This document shows, piece after piece, positions 47,646 to 60,983 of a stretch of 64,000 bases of DNA (its first letter is position 1; every line of letters starts with the position of its first letter). Below the pieces are notes generated by a model, which did not search any database, was not told the origin of the DNA, and was given only the letters and a program-made list of their open reading frames with translations. Location of the stretch: contig NC_085841.1 of NCBI RefSeq assembly GCF_035594765.1, positions 258,312,689 through 258,376,688 of the forward strand, given 5' to 3'. The translations under genes were made by a program, and so were the position numbers. Source of the stretch: Anolis carolinensis. Lineage: Eukaryota.

Positions 47646-50503
47646 GATAAGGTGAAAGACCCCATTCTAGATGGATAAACCGAATCAATCAAAAATAAGC
47701 CACAGCTCTGAGTCTTCAAAACTTGAGCAGGACTGCTTATAAGGTGACTTGGAGGTCTCTCATCCACAGGGTTACCATTCCAATCCCATTCCTTCAATGA
47801 TCTCAATTACTTGATGAAATTGTAAGGTCATTGATTTTCTTGGACCTGTATGTTTACTATATAGCCTTGCTGCTTTGTGTATTTCAGAACACACACACAC
47901 ACACTCATACACATTCTTACTTTGGAATAGCTTATCTCTTATAATTACAACCTTTTTCCTGGGAATGCCAGTCAGTCAGGAAAACACTGTAAATGAGATG
48001 TGAGATGATGGTGTCCTCTAACCAGATTTAGGAATATGGTACCCATAAGAGCAGACTCAAGTAAGAATGATAGACATTCTTATTTATTTGAATATCAAAG
48101 CAATTAGCTCTTTCCTGATTTCTCTTAAAGCTGAGATAAACCCAAATTTGCTTCCAAAAATGTTGTGCTTTTTGGCATGTGATCACTGTTTAAAAATAAC
48201 TGAAAAATGCAGAAAGGATATGCTTCTTTTCAAAGCTATCAAAAGGATAAACTAGTTTTAGTTTTAACTAAAAACATTTCTGGTTTTACTTGGGTAGAGA
48301 CATGCTCATTAAAGTAGAAAAGAAAAACTAAGGTTCCTTAGATTCCATACAAGATGTGAAGCAATGTATCAAGAGGTCGTGCTACAATGAGGCATGACTG
48401 CAATTATCCAAGTTACTAATCCCCCACCCACAGAATTAGGACACGGTTCCATCAATTCGTTCTTGGATTTCCATGAAACTTCTCTAAAGCTGAGAAGAAA
48501 GTTAAGTTTTAGCCCTTTCAGCTGGGCATTCTCTTGCACAAACTTACAGATCCTATAGAAGAGGTTCACATCCAGCCTGACTTCATCAGACTTATTTTAG
48601 TCCTTGCTAGAGTCATCCACATCCTTATGATCTATTATTCTTTTTGCAGATTTTGCTCCAGCTGCCATGATTTATACACGAAGCGAATAAAGATGCAATC
48701 AGTGCACTTGCAATGTCTAGCAGCAGTGTTTCATTTCTTCAAAGAGGAAACTCTGGGGCTCTAGTCAGCCTGGAACTTGCAAACTCTAACCCATGCCCTA
48801 AATGAGTACACAATGCTTGCGGTTATTCCACTAGATAGGCCACTGCATATAAACAAACTCTTTGCCCTTAGTTTTAATTTTTCCCTACAAAGCTCAGCAC
48901 TTACTCCTAGCAGAGAAAACACAATTCAGGGCTCAGCCTTGGCTAAAACTATATTACATAGGAAAAGAACTAGCTTTAATAAGAGAAGGGGAGGGGACGG
49001 AAACAGAGCCACTTATTTTCAGTTTCTTCCCAGAATAAAGGGGCTGTGCTTTTGTGCTTATAGCTTGGGTTTTGTGAGTCAGAAGCCATAGGGTGCATTT
49101 CTTTCATTACCAGACTTCTCATCTTCTCTGATGCATTCATATTCCAGGGGCTCTGATTCCAAGGCTCCTCTTTTAATTAGCAGGTCCAAAGCACTGGATT
49201 AAGCTGCACTGATGATGCCCCCCCCCCCCCAGCCTTTCCTTTCTCCCCACATCTCTCAAGTTGCACTTTTTAATATATCGGTATCTAATCTGTGGGCTGC
49301 CTTTCACTTGACTCTCAGCTGCCTATTCCCCCTCGCTCCCCGCCACATAATTCATCTTTGCATCACTAGCTTCTCAATGGACAGGAAAATGACCACCTTT
49401 GTGAACCTAGCATAAATCAGAGGCAAAAACATGCTGCATGTAATTGAAAAAGAAAAGTATTTTAAAGGTACTAAATAGAGGCCATAAATGGATCTGTCAG
49501 CTCCATCAGTGCTGGAGGGGATTGCTGGAGAAGGAAGAATAATCACTAACAGAAAGGCAGCGCTAAGATTCATCTCCAGAGAAGAGCAATGATGCAGTTG
49601 CAACCTGGAGTGAACCACCAAACACACAAACATATGCGTGCGTGCGCACACACACATCTTTTAGCAAAGGCCTGTTTTTTTTGGGGGGGGGGGGTTGGCG
49701 TCTTCTTTGTTAAAACAATACAGACAGGCCTGCAAGTATCAGGCATGCATCTATTGGACACTGACTCTAGTGATTCCCCCAGAGATAATGCAAGATGGGA
49801 CTGGAATGCTTATCCATAATCAGCCATATTGTTCTTATGAATATGTATAAGAGCATGTCATTGTTTTGGATGATAAGAGAAACAGTAATCAGAGCTCAGT
49901 ATCATGTGTTGGAAGTGGTGGCAATGGTGGCAGGGTCGGCGGGGGATATACATGATTTAACAGAAAGAATAATGAGGCAGAGGAGAGAAAGACAACAAAT
50001 GTCTTACTAAGGGCTTGAATGCCTCAGCGTCATTATTGATGGGCTGTTAAATATGTCTTAAAAGATTTGTTACTTTTTTTAAAAAAAAAGAGCAATTGTG
50101 GCCCTAATTGTCTGTCAAAGGAACACAATGAAACACTCTATGGTTATAATTGTATCTTGGGATGTTGTGATGATAACTGATATACTAAACAGTGGTCTCT
50201 CCCATTTGTCTTCCTTTAAAAAAAAAGGCAGCACTGGAAGAAGGGAAGAGAAAGAAAACACACACTCAAAACCACTACTGTACCATCAGATCAGTCATAA
50301 TGAGGCTTTGTATAAAACACTCTTAGCAACTGTTGCCTGGAAGGGAATTGGGATGGTCCCTTAATTTTAAACATTTATAACCTGAAACAAGATAAGCTGC
50401 TAGAAGGGCGGTTCACTAAAACCTCCGCTTTCCTGCACAGAAGAACCAATATAGGCTGTCAGACAAAAGCGGCCTGAACCTACCTAGCTGCACACTGTCC
50501 TCT

Positions 50504-50524
50504 GCTGCTGTCCTCGGTGCTGAT
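50504..50524 (-). promoter_or_regulatory. REST/NRSF binding site (RE1/NRSE)
   Basis: Minus strand ATCAGCACCGAGGACAGCAGC has both half-sites TCAGCACC and GGACAG at the canonical 2-nt spacing; not inside a recognisable repeat. Confidence 0.7.
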
Positions 50525-51187
50525 TAGAGGGTGGGTGGCAGGGTAAGAGAAGTTAAGAAACCACTGCTGATGGGGAAAAGGAGCTGAATACTGAGAGCTG
50601 TCCACCGTCCTGAATTAGCTTGAGTGCCAGCTTCCACAGATAGCACAAGTGAGAATTCTTCCTGACCAAAATACCAAGCTGAAGTGGGAAGCCGAATTCA
50701 TAATCTTGATGCTTGACTTGCCAAGTGCTAGGCACACAGCTGGTGAGCTCCCTCGGTCTGTGATATCTCTGCTTTTGTAACATTGTCCCTACCACCACGC
50801 CTCTTGATTTTGATCTGCTTCAAGACATGATCTCAGCAACTTCCTTGCTTTCCTTGCAGGCAGTTTTCATTATGTGGTCATATGATGAATGCAAATTGAT
50901 ACACAGAGGAAAATTACTACTTATGTAATAACGCTTCAGCAGCAACTTAAGGACTCTGATAGAGATCAGGACCAGCAAGGCGCACTATTGCCCACATCCC
51001 TACACCCAAGATGTGTTATTATAAAAGATCAAAGGTAGGAAAAAGGAGGCTTGGATAGCTAAGTGGTGCTGGATAATCACAAACTGACAGAGCCAGAAAC
51101 AAGATGTAGGTTTGTCAAGAAATCTTGTCCCACACTCTGTCTATTTTCTAAAAAGTCATTAGGATAGAGAGCAGAATGCCATATAAT

Positions 51188-51318
51188 AGGGTTGTGGTGT
51201 GTTTTCTGGGCTGTATGGCCATGTTTCCAGAAGCATAGGAGAGAATGCTTCTGGAACAAGGCCATACAGCCTGGAAAACACACAACAACCCTGTTATATG
51301 AAAGCCTTTGACAACACA
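51188..51318. mobile_element. Penelope-like element remnant as an inverted-repeat hairpin
   Basis: AGGGTTGTGGTGTGTTTTCTGGGCTGTATGGCCATGTTTCCAGAAGCAT pairs with ATGCTTCTGGAACAAGGCCATACAGCCTGGAAAACACACAACAACCCT; followed by ATGAAAGCCTTTGACAACAC. Confidence 0.8.
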
Positions 51319-52388
51319 TGCCATATAATGTAGTTATATAGAAAGGTATGCTTAGGATCACCACTTGCGATTCCTTTCCATGAAATTACATTGAATTATA
51401 GGTAGCTCCTTCTCTCATCATATCCTGCTGTGAGCCATATCTCACAAACCTAATATATTGCAGAAAAATTGCCATTTTATTGGTACTATTTCCTGCAATC
51501 CTTGGGACCCCAGCTTGATATGGGTCCTATAATAAAGTATTACAATACCTTTGTCCCTTTCCCCAAAGAATCATATAGTTCACACAGGCAATAAACCCAA
51601 TAGTGAGGGCAAGAAAGACAAAGGACACACATTAATCACAAATCAAATATTTAACTTGAGTTGCAATACATGAATCTCCTTTAAGACCTTTCAGATACTA
51701 CACAGCTAGCCACACTATAGTACGGTAGAAAGAAGAAGAGTCTGTGGATATTAAGGTGCAAGATATAATGTGCCAGCTGCTGAAAGGATAAAGAATAAGC
51801 CAAGTAAGATATATCTGGATGAATACAGCTGTGAATCAATCAAAATGTATGTCATATATTTTCTTAAAACCAAGGAATGTACATAACATGAATTAAACAA
51901 GTGAACCTAGTGCCATTAATACAAGTAGACACAAAGCAAATAGTTAAAATGAACAGAGTTCTTGCCAAGATATGCAATGCATTTTAGCTCTAGAAAAAGT
52001 AAGCCATCCCACAGATTTCATGCTAACACCAAACTTCAGTATTTTCAGTGCTGCTGTAGGCTGGGATTTAATTTATTCTGGTTGACCTAACAACAGAAAA
52101 AATGAACTGACCTAGCTGATTTACATAGAACTCTCCTGAGCAAGGCCTTTGTTATTTTTAGTAGAAAATGGATTTTAAACTGCTATATGCTAGTGCTAGC
52201 AATGGTTTCCAAAAGTAAGTTCCTAAAATTGCATTTCTGATAACTGAAGTCCAGTAAGTACAGATTCAAGCTTAGGAATCATTCTACAACTATAATGGAT
52301 GTGGAGACTAGATCTCTGTCTCTGAAAATCTCTAAAAGCCACACAATGCAAAAAAATGATTTTTAAAAATGAAGAAAGTCTCTTCTAT

Positions 52389-52642
52389 GTGTGTGTTGTT
52401 TGTGTATATTTAAGTCACCTGTTGATTTAAGGGAATACCATGAATTTCATAGGGTTTTCTAAGGCAAGGAATACTCAAGGGCGGTTTTCCTATTCCTTCT
52501 TCTGAAATATAGTCTACAGCACATCTGGTATTCATTTATGGTCTTCCATTTAAGGATCAACCAGATCTTAGTCTGATTGACCCTTGAATGTCTCCATTCT
52601 GCTTAGTCTCCAGGATCTGATGGGATCCCATGCCTTTAAGAT
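52389..52642 (-). mobile_element. 5S-headed SINE, same family as 33955
   Basis: Shared AAGTCACCTGTTGA...AATACTCAA...AAATATAGTCTACAGCAC...GGTATTC, then CTGCTTAG...GATCTGATGGGATC. Confidence 0.65.
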
Positions 52643-53100
52643 TATGAGAACCTAGTAGTAGCTGGAAATTCATTTATGTTTTGAAAAACAATTCTAATAT
52701 TAACCTGTGCAAGAGAACGTTGAAACGTATTTTAAATGTGAATTTCCATTCCTGGAAAACTCAGGAAGATGGCAATTCACCTGAGGAAAGGAAGAAAAAG
52801 TAGCAGCTGATCACAGCTGACTCTGCAAAATGGGACAAAAAATACATAAATTATATGCAAGAAAAGCAGTTACAACCTTGAACATGGACTATATTTCCAC
52901 AGAATGAATGAATTTTGTCTCTCTAGCAGAATACTTTCTCTAAACATGTGCTTTACTTATTTCTTGTCTATGGGAGCTTGTATTTTCAACTAATTATTTG
53001 ATGTGACTGGTACGTACATGGTCTTAACTGGCACAAAACATAGACTAGTTGCGCTACAGACCCATTTCTTTTCTACAGTTCAATACATTAGTGCTAGTGT

Positions 53101-53218
53101 TTCCCCTGGAATTTCAATTTCACCTTGTAGTAAACTGATGGCATATACTCAGAATATTGACTTCCCTGGAATTTCAATTTCACCTTGTAGTAAACTGATG
53201 ACATAGAATATTGACTTC
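53101..53218 (+). repeat. Tandem duplication, 60-bp period
   Basis: CCCTGGAATTTCAATTTCACCTTGTAGTAAACTGATG twice; second copy lacks 6 nt. Confidence 0.95.
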
Positions 53219-53779
53219 AAATGACATCAAGGCTATTTTTGCAATGAAAATCTGTCCTAATGCTTTGCTAACACATGACAGCTATTAGTACCTTGCTACT
53301 GTATGAAAGAAAATCTACACCACATTTTGTCAAAAACATTTTAACATCTAAGTATCAAGAGGCCAGGAAATATCCTACCCCCCCCCCCCCCCCGGTTGTG
53401 CATATTTTTGGTGACATGATGGGAGCATCTCCTGCGGCTGAAAGAATAATTTGGGAGTGGGGGGAGACATTTCAGATAGTTAATTGTTTTGGAAAATTGT
53501 CAGCTGCTAGAGTGGCAAAGCTCAAAAAAGGAAGTGTTATGTCAGCACGTAGCTGTGAAAGTTAAAAAAACAGTTAAGAAATGAAGGTGATACTGACTCG
53601 TGAGCATCAATTTCTTAAGTATGTTCTTGCATATCCATGCATGTGTATGAGAGAAAAAAGATCTAGGGACTGCAGGGGAAAAAAAGCCAAACAGCAAACC
53701 TCAAATCTCTGCTTAAGAAGAATGTGTTCCAGGAAGAAAGATTACAAGCTAATAGCCTTTGCCTTCCAAGCCACTAGGA

Positions 53780-53914
53780 CAGTGGTTCTCAACCTGGGGT
53801 CCCCAGATGTTTCTGGACTACAGCTCCCAGAAATCCCAGCCAGTTTAGTAGCTGTTAGGATTTCTGGGAGTTGAAGGCCAAAAACATCTGGGGACCCCAG
53901 GTTGAGAACCACTG
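53780..53914. mobile_element. hAT MITE
   Basis: Perfect TIRs and perfect TSD CACTAGGA (53772-53779, 53915-53922). Confidence 0.95.
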
Positions 53915-56900
53915 CACTAGGACTACAGGCCCTTGTAAATCCCCCTAGGCATAGGGAGCAACTTTTACATGAATAATTCCTACCTGGCATGGATGGAATA
54001 ATGCTAGGATGACACACCCATATATGTGCACAAACATGGGAACAAACTGGTTGCTGTTCTGTTTCTAGTCAGGAAAGTGAGTGCCTATACTAGAAGTCTA
54101 GGATCACAGAGTCAATGCCAGTAAAACCATGCACAGCCAGCAGACAAGCCCTTCAACCACATCGCAAAGGCAGGGTCTCACTGTAGAACCAGGGTCAAAA
54201 CAAGTCACTTGACTGAGCCAGCTATGAAGCTTTTGTGCCTGGGTTACATGAAGCTCAGGCAGAACCCATCTGCAAGTAGTCTTATATTCAGTCTCCCTGA
54301 AAGAAGGGTCTTATATATGAGGAGACATCTTACTCACCAGGAGCCTTCAGCTACTAAAGAGATCTCTCACCAAGCCCTCCTTTTGCAAGGTCTTTTGGAG
54401 AATCTTGAACTGAGCCCATACCTTCACAGAGAGTTGCTTCCACAGACTGGGAAAGGATCCAGACGTATCATCTTATTCTGGGGTCACACTGTCTCTGCCC
54501 AGGGCTGCAGCCTAGGCTTGGAGATACAGCTATTTCCTCACTCTCTGAAATATTGGGTGTGAGAGAGTCCCACTTGTCCTTTCTAAAGGATTATTATGAC
54601 ATGACAGTTACAACTTGAAGGCACTATCCAGAAAAATCCAGATTCCTTGGAAAGACTAATGTCACACATTTGACTGGACCATTTAAATATTATCCCATTT
54701 ACCCAGAACCTACTTATAGAAAATCAACTCCCTTATAGGATACCAAACCCATCAAAATAAAGGGCATTGAATATGTCTTAGCATTAGACTTCATAAACAC
54801 CCTTCTAATAAATAAAAGAACCATGCTCTTGCTTCTTTGGAAAAGAATAATTTCATCTTTCTTGGCCTTCAGGTGTCCAAGACTGTTGTGACTCTCAAAG
54901 TCAAACAAAAATAGATGCAGGTGAAGGACATTAAAACGAACACACACAAAAATACATTACACAAAGTACAAATATAGAAAGTTGTGGTGAAACCATTTGC
55001 TTTGAAAAGAGAGACAGAAAGATCTTGATTCAGAGCTGATAGTTTATTACCACAGGATTTTGTATCTGTTGAGACAGCAAAGAAAAAAAGACACAGGGGT
55101 ACAAGGATCAATGAATAAAGGTGAAGGAACTGGCCTATCCTCAAACTCCAAAAGTTCTGCAATTTTCTAAATTGCCTGCCCAGTGATATACATGTGAAAG
55201 AGCATAGAAGGCTGTGCAAAACTGCCACCTACTAGCACCATTGTTACTCTAGTATTCTATAGCTTCTGCTTCTGAGCTTGGGGCTTTACTTTTGTTAGCT
55301 TGCTTGCTTGCTTGCCTTTTCTCTCCTCCTTCTCCTCCCACTGGGAAGCAAACAGGGAGGGAGTAGTTTCAACTGGGCTTTATACAACACTTTTAAAATC
55401 CTAAAATGGCTTCATCCATGCAACATATCACCCAGAAAAGTCATGCCCATGAAAACAGAAGCTCAGAAAGGAATGTATGAAATTCATGACCAACATATCC
55501 ATGAAAACAGAAGCCGAGACAGGAATGTGCTACATTCACGGCCAATCTGAATATATCTGGATGTATTTTGATATTTAAAGATCATTCCATAGCAAATGTT
55601 GCCAGGGTATCTTGCAGAATAAGACAGTTAAATGACAGCAGCTGATAGAAATTTTGCAATATGTGATACAGTATTAAAACAAATTCCACTTAATATTCAA
55701 AATGAAGTACAAGGAATAAAACAACAGGAGAAATTGATTTAAAAGCAACAGCTAGATGTAGAGGTGGGATGGAGAAAAATATTAGTCCACACCAAAAAGT
55801 TGCTAAAATAGGTCCCAAGTGACCCTTGCAAAGGAGAATGCTGCATAGGCAGGTTGCCAGAGCAAAAAAAAAAAAGCTCCTTCACTCATAATCATCCACT
55901 CCATTCCCTCTGGCAGAGACCTTCCTTCCCCAACGATTTGAATCCAAATATTCCCGACCTAGTAGCCGAGTGCTATGAGTTGTCATTGCCAGGGCAAAGG
56001 GTCGTAAACCCTTGTCAGGATTCTTGTACCATTGCAAGGAGACAGCTTTTAGGGGGACCGGGATGAGACATGACTGTAGAGCAATGAGTGGGTTCAAGCT
56101 CCTAAAAAAGGATTTTCATTCTTACTGCAGATTTGTTTTTCAGGCACTTAAAAAGCTGCCAGATGAAAATGCTAGCTGCTCTTTTCTCCCAGTTTATCTA
56201 TCGTCAACTGAGGTGAGAAATTGGCTGGGTTACCAAGTGACATTTTAGAGGTCTTATTCACACTATTGCACGTGATGCTTGTCCTGTAAATTCAATGCTC
56301 AAAACCATGAGCCTTGATAGAAAATTATTATTGTTAATTAATCATTGTGGTAATTTTCATTCTTGTTCTTAAAACATGTACTGGTTTCTTTTCATTTTTT
56401 TCTTTCATAGAATAGAAGGAACATAAAAATAAAATGGACAATGATGCAGAAAAAAATTACATCTGAATGTATGCATTCCCTTTTCCTAGCAAGACATTTC
56501 TCCAGTTTGATCAGGAAGAAGGAAAACTATAGTGAAAGGGTAGGTTGCACAGGAACATAAAGTACAGAACCAAATGTTGGCAAAGATTTACCTTTGCCCA
56601 TAAAGATATACCATCTAATGCACAAGAGAAGGAACATTCTGAAGACCAAAAATTAGAAACATTAGAACCACTTAGCGGGATCAAAGCACAAGCTCGCTCA
56701 AACTAGCACACTCCTTATAGCAATGGCCGGCCACAATCTTCTGGGACGGATCCAGAAGCAAGGCATGAGAAAGACTGCCATTATTTGCTGTTTATAACAG
56801 ACAATTGGCACACTGTTACAGAATGGAGAGGATCAAGTTAACAGCCATGGGTAAATGTGTGCTGTGTGAACTGTTTAGCCCTTGTTTAAAATCATTGAAG

Positions 56901-57287
56901 TTCATAAATGCATAATCATTCCTTGATGGTGCCACATCACGTGATGCTTTAAATAGGGGAAAGATTCATTTCCAATCAGACACCACACACAAGCACTAGA
57001 AATCAGCTTATGTTAAGCATAATGTTTTAACCAGTTTGTACAGTAATATCTAAATCATCAAGCACGAAATACTAGGGTGGTTTATGATTTAGTCATTTTA
57101 AAAGAGAACTATTGAATTCATTGAGGCAAATTAGTCGTTCGAGAATTCCATTGATTTCAGTGTGCCTGTTTTAAGTATGACTAAAAGGAATCAATCTGCT
57201 ATGATACATTTACCAAATCCTATACGTATTTGTGAAACTAGTTTTAAGTTAGTGGGTATGAGATGATCTTGTGATAATTCCTACATA

Positions 57288-57615
57288 CAGTAGAGTCTCG
57301 CTTATCCAGTGTTCTGTATTATCCAACGCTGTCTGCCTTTTAGTAGTCAGTATTTTTGTAGTCAATGATTTCAATACATTGCACTATTTTAGTGCTACAT
57401 TCATAAATAAGTAATTACTACATAATGTTACTGTGTATTGAACTGCTTTTTCTGACAATTTGTTGTAAAACATGATGTTTTGGTGCTTAATTTGTAAAAT
57501 CATAACGTAATTTCATGTTTAATAGGCTTTTCCTTAATCCTTCCTTATTATCCAACATTTTCACTTATCCAATGTTGTGCCGGCCCGTTTATGTTGGATA
57601 AGCAAGACTCTACTG
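57288..57615. mobile_element. Tigger/pogo-type non-autonomous DNA transposon
   Basis: TIR CAGTAGAGTCTCGCTTATCCA / TGGATAAGCAAGACTCTACTG with TA on both sides. Confidence 0.92.
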
Positions 57616-59428
57616 TATTGTCTAAAGAAATACCCAATTTAACTTGTCCTAAGCACTGATGGCTGTTTCTTTGAATCATCTCAGTTTCTGGTATTTGGTA
57701 AAAAAGCATAATATTATTGGTTTTATAAATCTTTATAATTTCCCCAGAAGCAGAGCTGTTAATCTTCCTTTCTGTACTTTCTATTCTGATGCAATTTTAT
57801 ATTTGAGATGGTTTCATTTATTACAAATAGCTATGTCAATTCACTTAGAAGATATTCAGAGTAGTGTATAGCTTTTAAACACATAAGGCTTATCTTAAAA
57901 GGTCATGGGCAAGTAAAAATGCCTACATTTAAAATGTGTACCAAAAAGGGACCACTGTCCTTTGGAAGAGCACTTCATGACCAGAAGCAGCCACTTTTCT
58001 AGGTGTGACATGCTACATACTTAAAAAGATCAGGTGTTGAGCTAGGAGGAAGGTTTTGAGGATGAATGCAGAATCACAATGGATTTATGCAGGAGCATCC
58101 ACATCCTGGGCTAGTATGGGCTTTAAAGGTAAGAATGAACATTGGTAATTACACCGGGAAGCAGTTATTTCAAGACTGGTGAAATATGTTTCATTTGACT
58201 GCTCTCAGCAATGTACCAAGCCACTCAAAAGGACTCCACAGGGAAACATCAAGAGAAGACACAATGGTGATGAAGTAATATGGCTTCTCTTTTTCAGAAC
58301 TGGCAAAGAGTAGACACTGGGATGGTCTCTGTGCCTGGCTGGGTTCACATCACATTTTTTGCCAGCTGGACATTTTCTGTTTTTCCCAACACCTGAGAAA
58401 AAGAGAGCGCTGAACACATTTTATTCATTCAAAGAGGGCGCCTGTAACAGCTTTCTGAATAACTAGGAATTGCAAGGCATGATCAAGGTATCAACAGCAG
58501 TGTCCATTATGCAGAATTTGCAACAGATCTTTTTGAGAGAAGAGGGGATTATAGTAACTAGAATCCTTTAGCTAGCATGACCGTGAAGCAAACTCTAGAG
58601 TTATGTCAACCAATGACACACGGGATGTGCTGTAGACTTATATAATGGCACAATGAGTGACATTTTATTTCAGCTTCTTTTCTTAATAAATCTTTGTTTG
58701 TAGGCTCTCATTACAGTGTAACAGTATCATTGCCATTGTGTCAAGGCAGACATGAGGCACAGTGCAGTTAAGAGGCAGATAATCACTAATGTGTATTTAT
58801 GTGCAGAATGATGTTGAGTAGGTGACCTGATTTAACAAACAAAAACAAACAAGCAAGCAGGACTGATCCTCTGCTTTCTTGACAGCTGGGCATCATCTCT
58901 TTACTTGCTCATGTCCATGTCAGCCCATGCTATAACATTCAGAATTCTGTGACATCTAAAATATGAGAGCCATAAGATGTATATGAAAATCTAGATTATA
59001 TTGAGAAAGACTTTTGCTCCATTCTCTCCCTGGCCACAAGAAACCATGCTAATTCTTGGAAGAATAAAGACTTGGGTCAATTCCTAAAGTATTATAATCT
59101 GAAGTTACCTCCATCCATCTTTCTCAATCTCTCTGTGTGTGCATGTATACAGAAGTTTACATATTGAAATGCACATCTACACTTATTCTAAATAAAGTAT
59201 ACAAGGATCTACAGCTACATTTGTCTATTTGTGAGCTGTGGATTTAGTCATATATTGAAGAGCATCTCTAACTGCTTCCAGGAGGTTTAGGTCCTTCAGG
59301 GCAATGGAAAGAAGTTGGTGGCAATAGTTGTGGAGGCCATTCTACTATTCCATTTCAGTTGGGTTACCTGACTGTAGACACTTCAGAAGTATTTTTCTAA
59401 GTGCCCACTGCCATGCTGTTTCATCTCT

Positions 59429-59576
59429 ATTTATTTATTTATGACATTTCTACCTTGCTTTCTCAACCCTGGAGAGAACTCAAGGTGGTTTTACACATAG
59501 GCAACTATTTGATGCCTTAAAAACAATGTACAATTAAAATGAGCATTTAAAATAGAATGATAAAATACATTATAAT
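59429..59576 (-). mobile_element. L2-type tail inserted in the first copy of a dispersed duplication
   Basis: (TTTA)n...TTTCTACCTTGCTTTCTC...GAACTCAAGGTGGTTTTACA; TCTA on both sides. Confidence 0.65.
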
Positions 59577-59585
59577 TCTACCTCC

Positions 59586-59818
59586 CTCAGAATCTGGAGT
59601 AGAATGAAGATAGATTATTGATTATGTTTATAGTGGGGGGGTTTTAGCAGCTCCAAAAACCAAAATATCACATGGTGCTCGGATTCAGGAACAGCTGATT
59701 TAAAGCAATTTCTGAAATCAGATAATTCATCTCCCTATCTTAAGTGAGGACTTACAACATGTATAAACAGGAGGGAGGCATTTCCAAACATCAAAATGAT
59801 CTGCTTTCATGGTGGAGT
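59586..59818 (+). repeat. Dispersed direct repeat, copy 1 (pairs with 62845-63072)
   Basis: Shared blocks CTCAGAATCTGGAGTAGAATGA, TCACATGGTGCTC, GCTGATTTAAAGCAATTTCTGAAA, TGCTTTCATGGTGGAGT in the same order. Confidence 0.9.
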
Positions 59819-60983
59819 GTTGTCAAAGGTGCAACTGGGCTGGCTGCTGTTCCTATTTTTTTTTTTAAAAAAAAAAACCAACCCTGTAAAACACTGCAAT
59901 AGTAAAAAGCCCTTCTTTTCAGCAGGTGCATTATAAAGTCAAGATTAAGTGCAGGAACTTGAATGCAGCACTCTTTTCCCAGGGTGAGCTAGATAATATG
60001 CTAGTTCCCTACACCAGTGCTTTTTCATGACAATTTTTGCAAAGCTAGTCCGGAATAATGATTACGAAAGCAAAGGCAGCTGTGTGGCTTGTGGCTGCTG
60101 AACTACAGATCATGCTTGACAAAGCAAGAAAGGTAATAGCAAATGTGTTTTCTTGCAACACATTAGCCAACAGTTCAGGGTTTGATTTTAAAGGAAATAT
60201 TTTCACACTGGGTAAGAGACCTACAAGGTGATATAAGTGCCCCATTTGATGCCTCAGACCAGGACCACATGATTGAATATAATTATGTTTCAGGGTTGGG
60301 ATTTTTTTTTAAAGACCTTCCCTCAGCTTTTCTCACCATATTCAAGGACATTTTGTTTTTGTACACAGACTTCTGTAGTAAGCCTTTTTTTTTTTTTTTT
60401 TACATTTGTTAGATAATTTTAGGCCAATATGATGCACCTCAGGTTCTAAAGCCAACATTTGGGCAAGACAAGTGCTTCCACTTTCTCTACCCTGATTGAC
60501 ATGAGAAATCCATGGGCAAATTAGTGTTTCATCAGTTCATTTGGATGACTTGCCTAATATTTGTCAGAATTCATATGGTTATAAATGGCATGACAATTCA
60601 GAAATAGATTATATATTTATTCAGCAATACTTGTATTGGCCCACATCCTGGGAAACTGTGTGTGGTCTATCCCAGTCTAAATATTCCAACACTGCAACAG
60701 TCCCTCCTTTTGTGTGGGAAGGGGGAAAAGACTATTTGGTTCTTCCTGTACGGGTTCTCTGGTGGGACCCATTATGTTGCAACTTAAGCCAGGCTACCTC
60801 TTGAGGGTATTGTTGTTGCTATTTGTTTTCAGACGCTACTAATGAAAATGACATGTTCATATTAAATTATCTCAACTCCTACAGTCTCCTGTGACACAGA
60901 GGATGGCTCACCCAATAATATAAATTTAAAACCTTATGCATTTCTCTGTCTCTGCCAATTGGTAGTTTGGGACAGCCTGGCAC

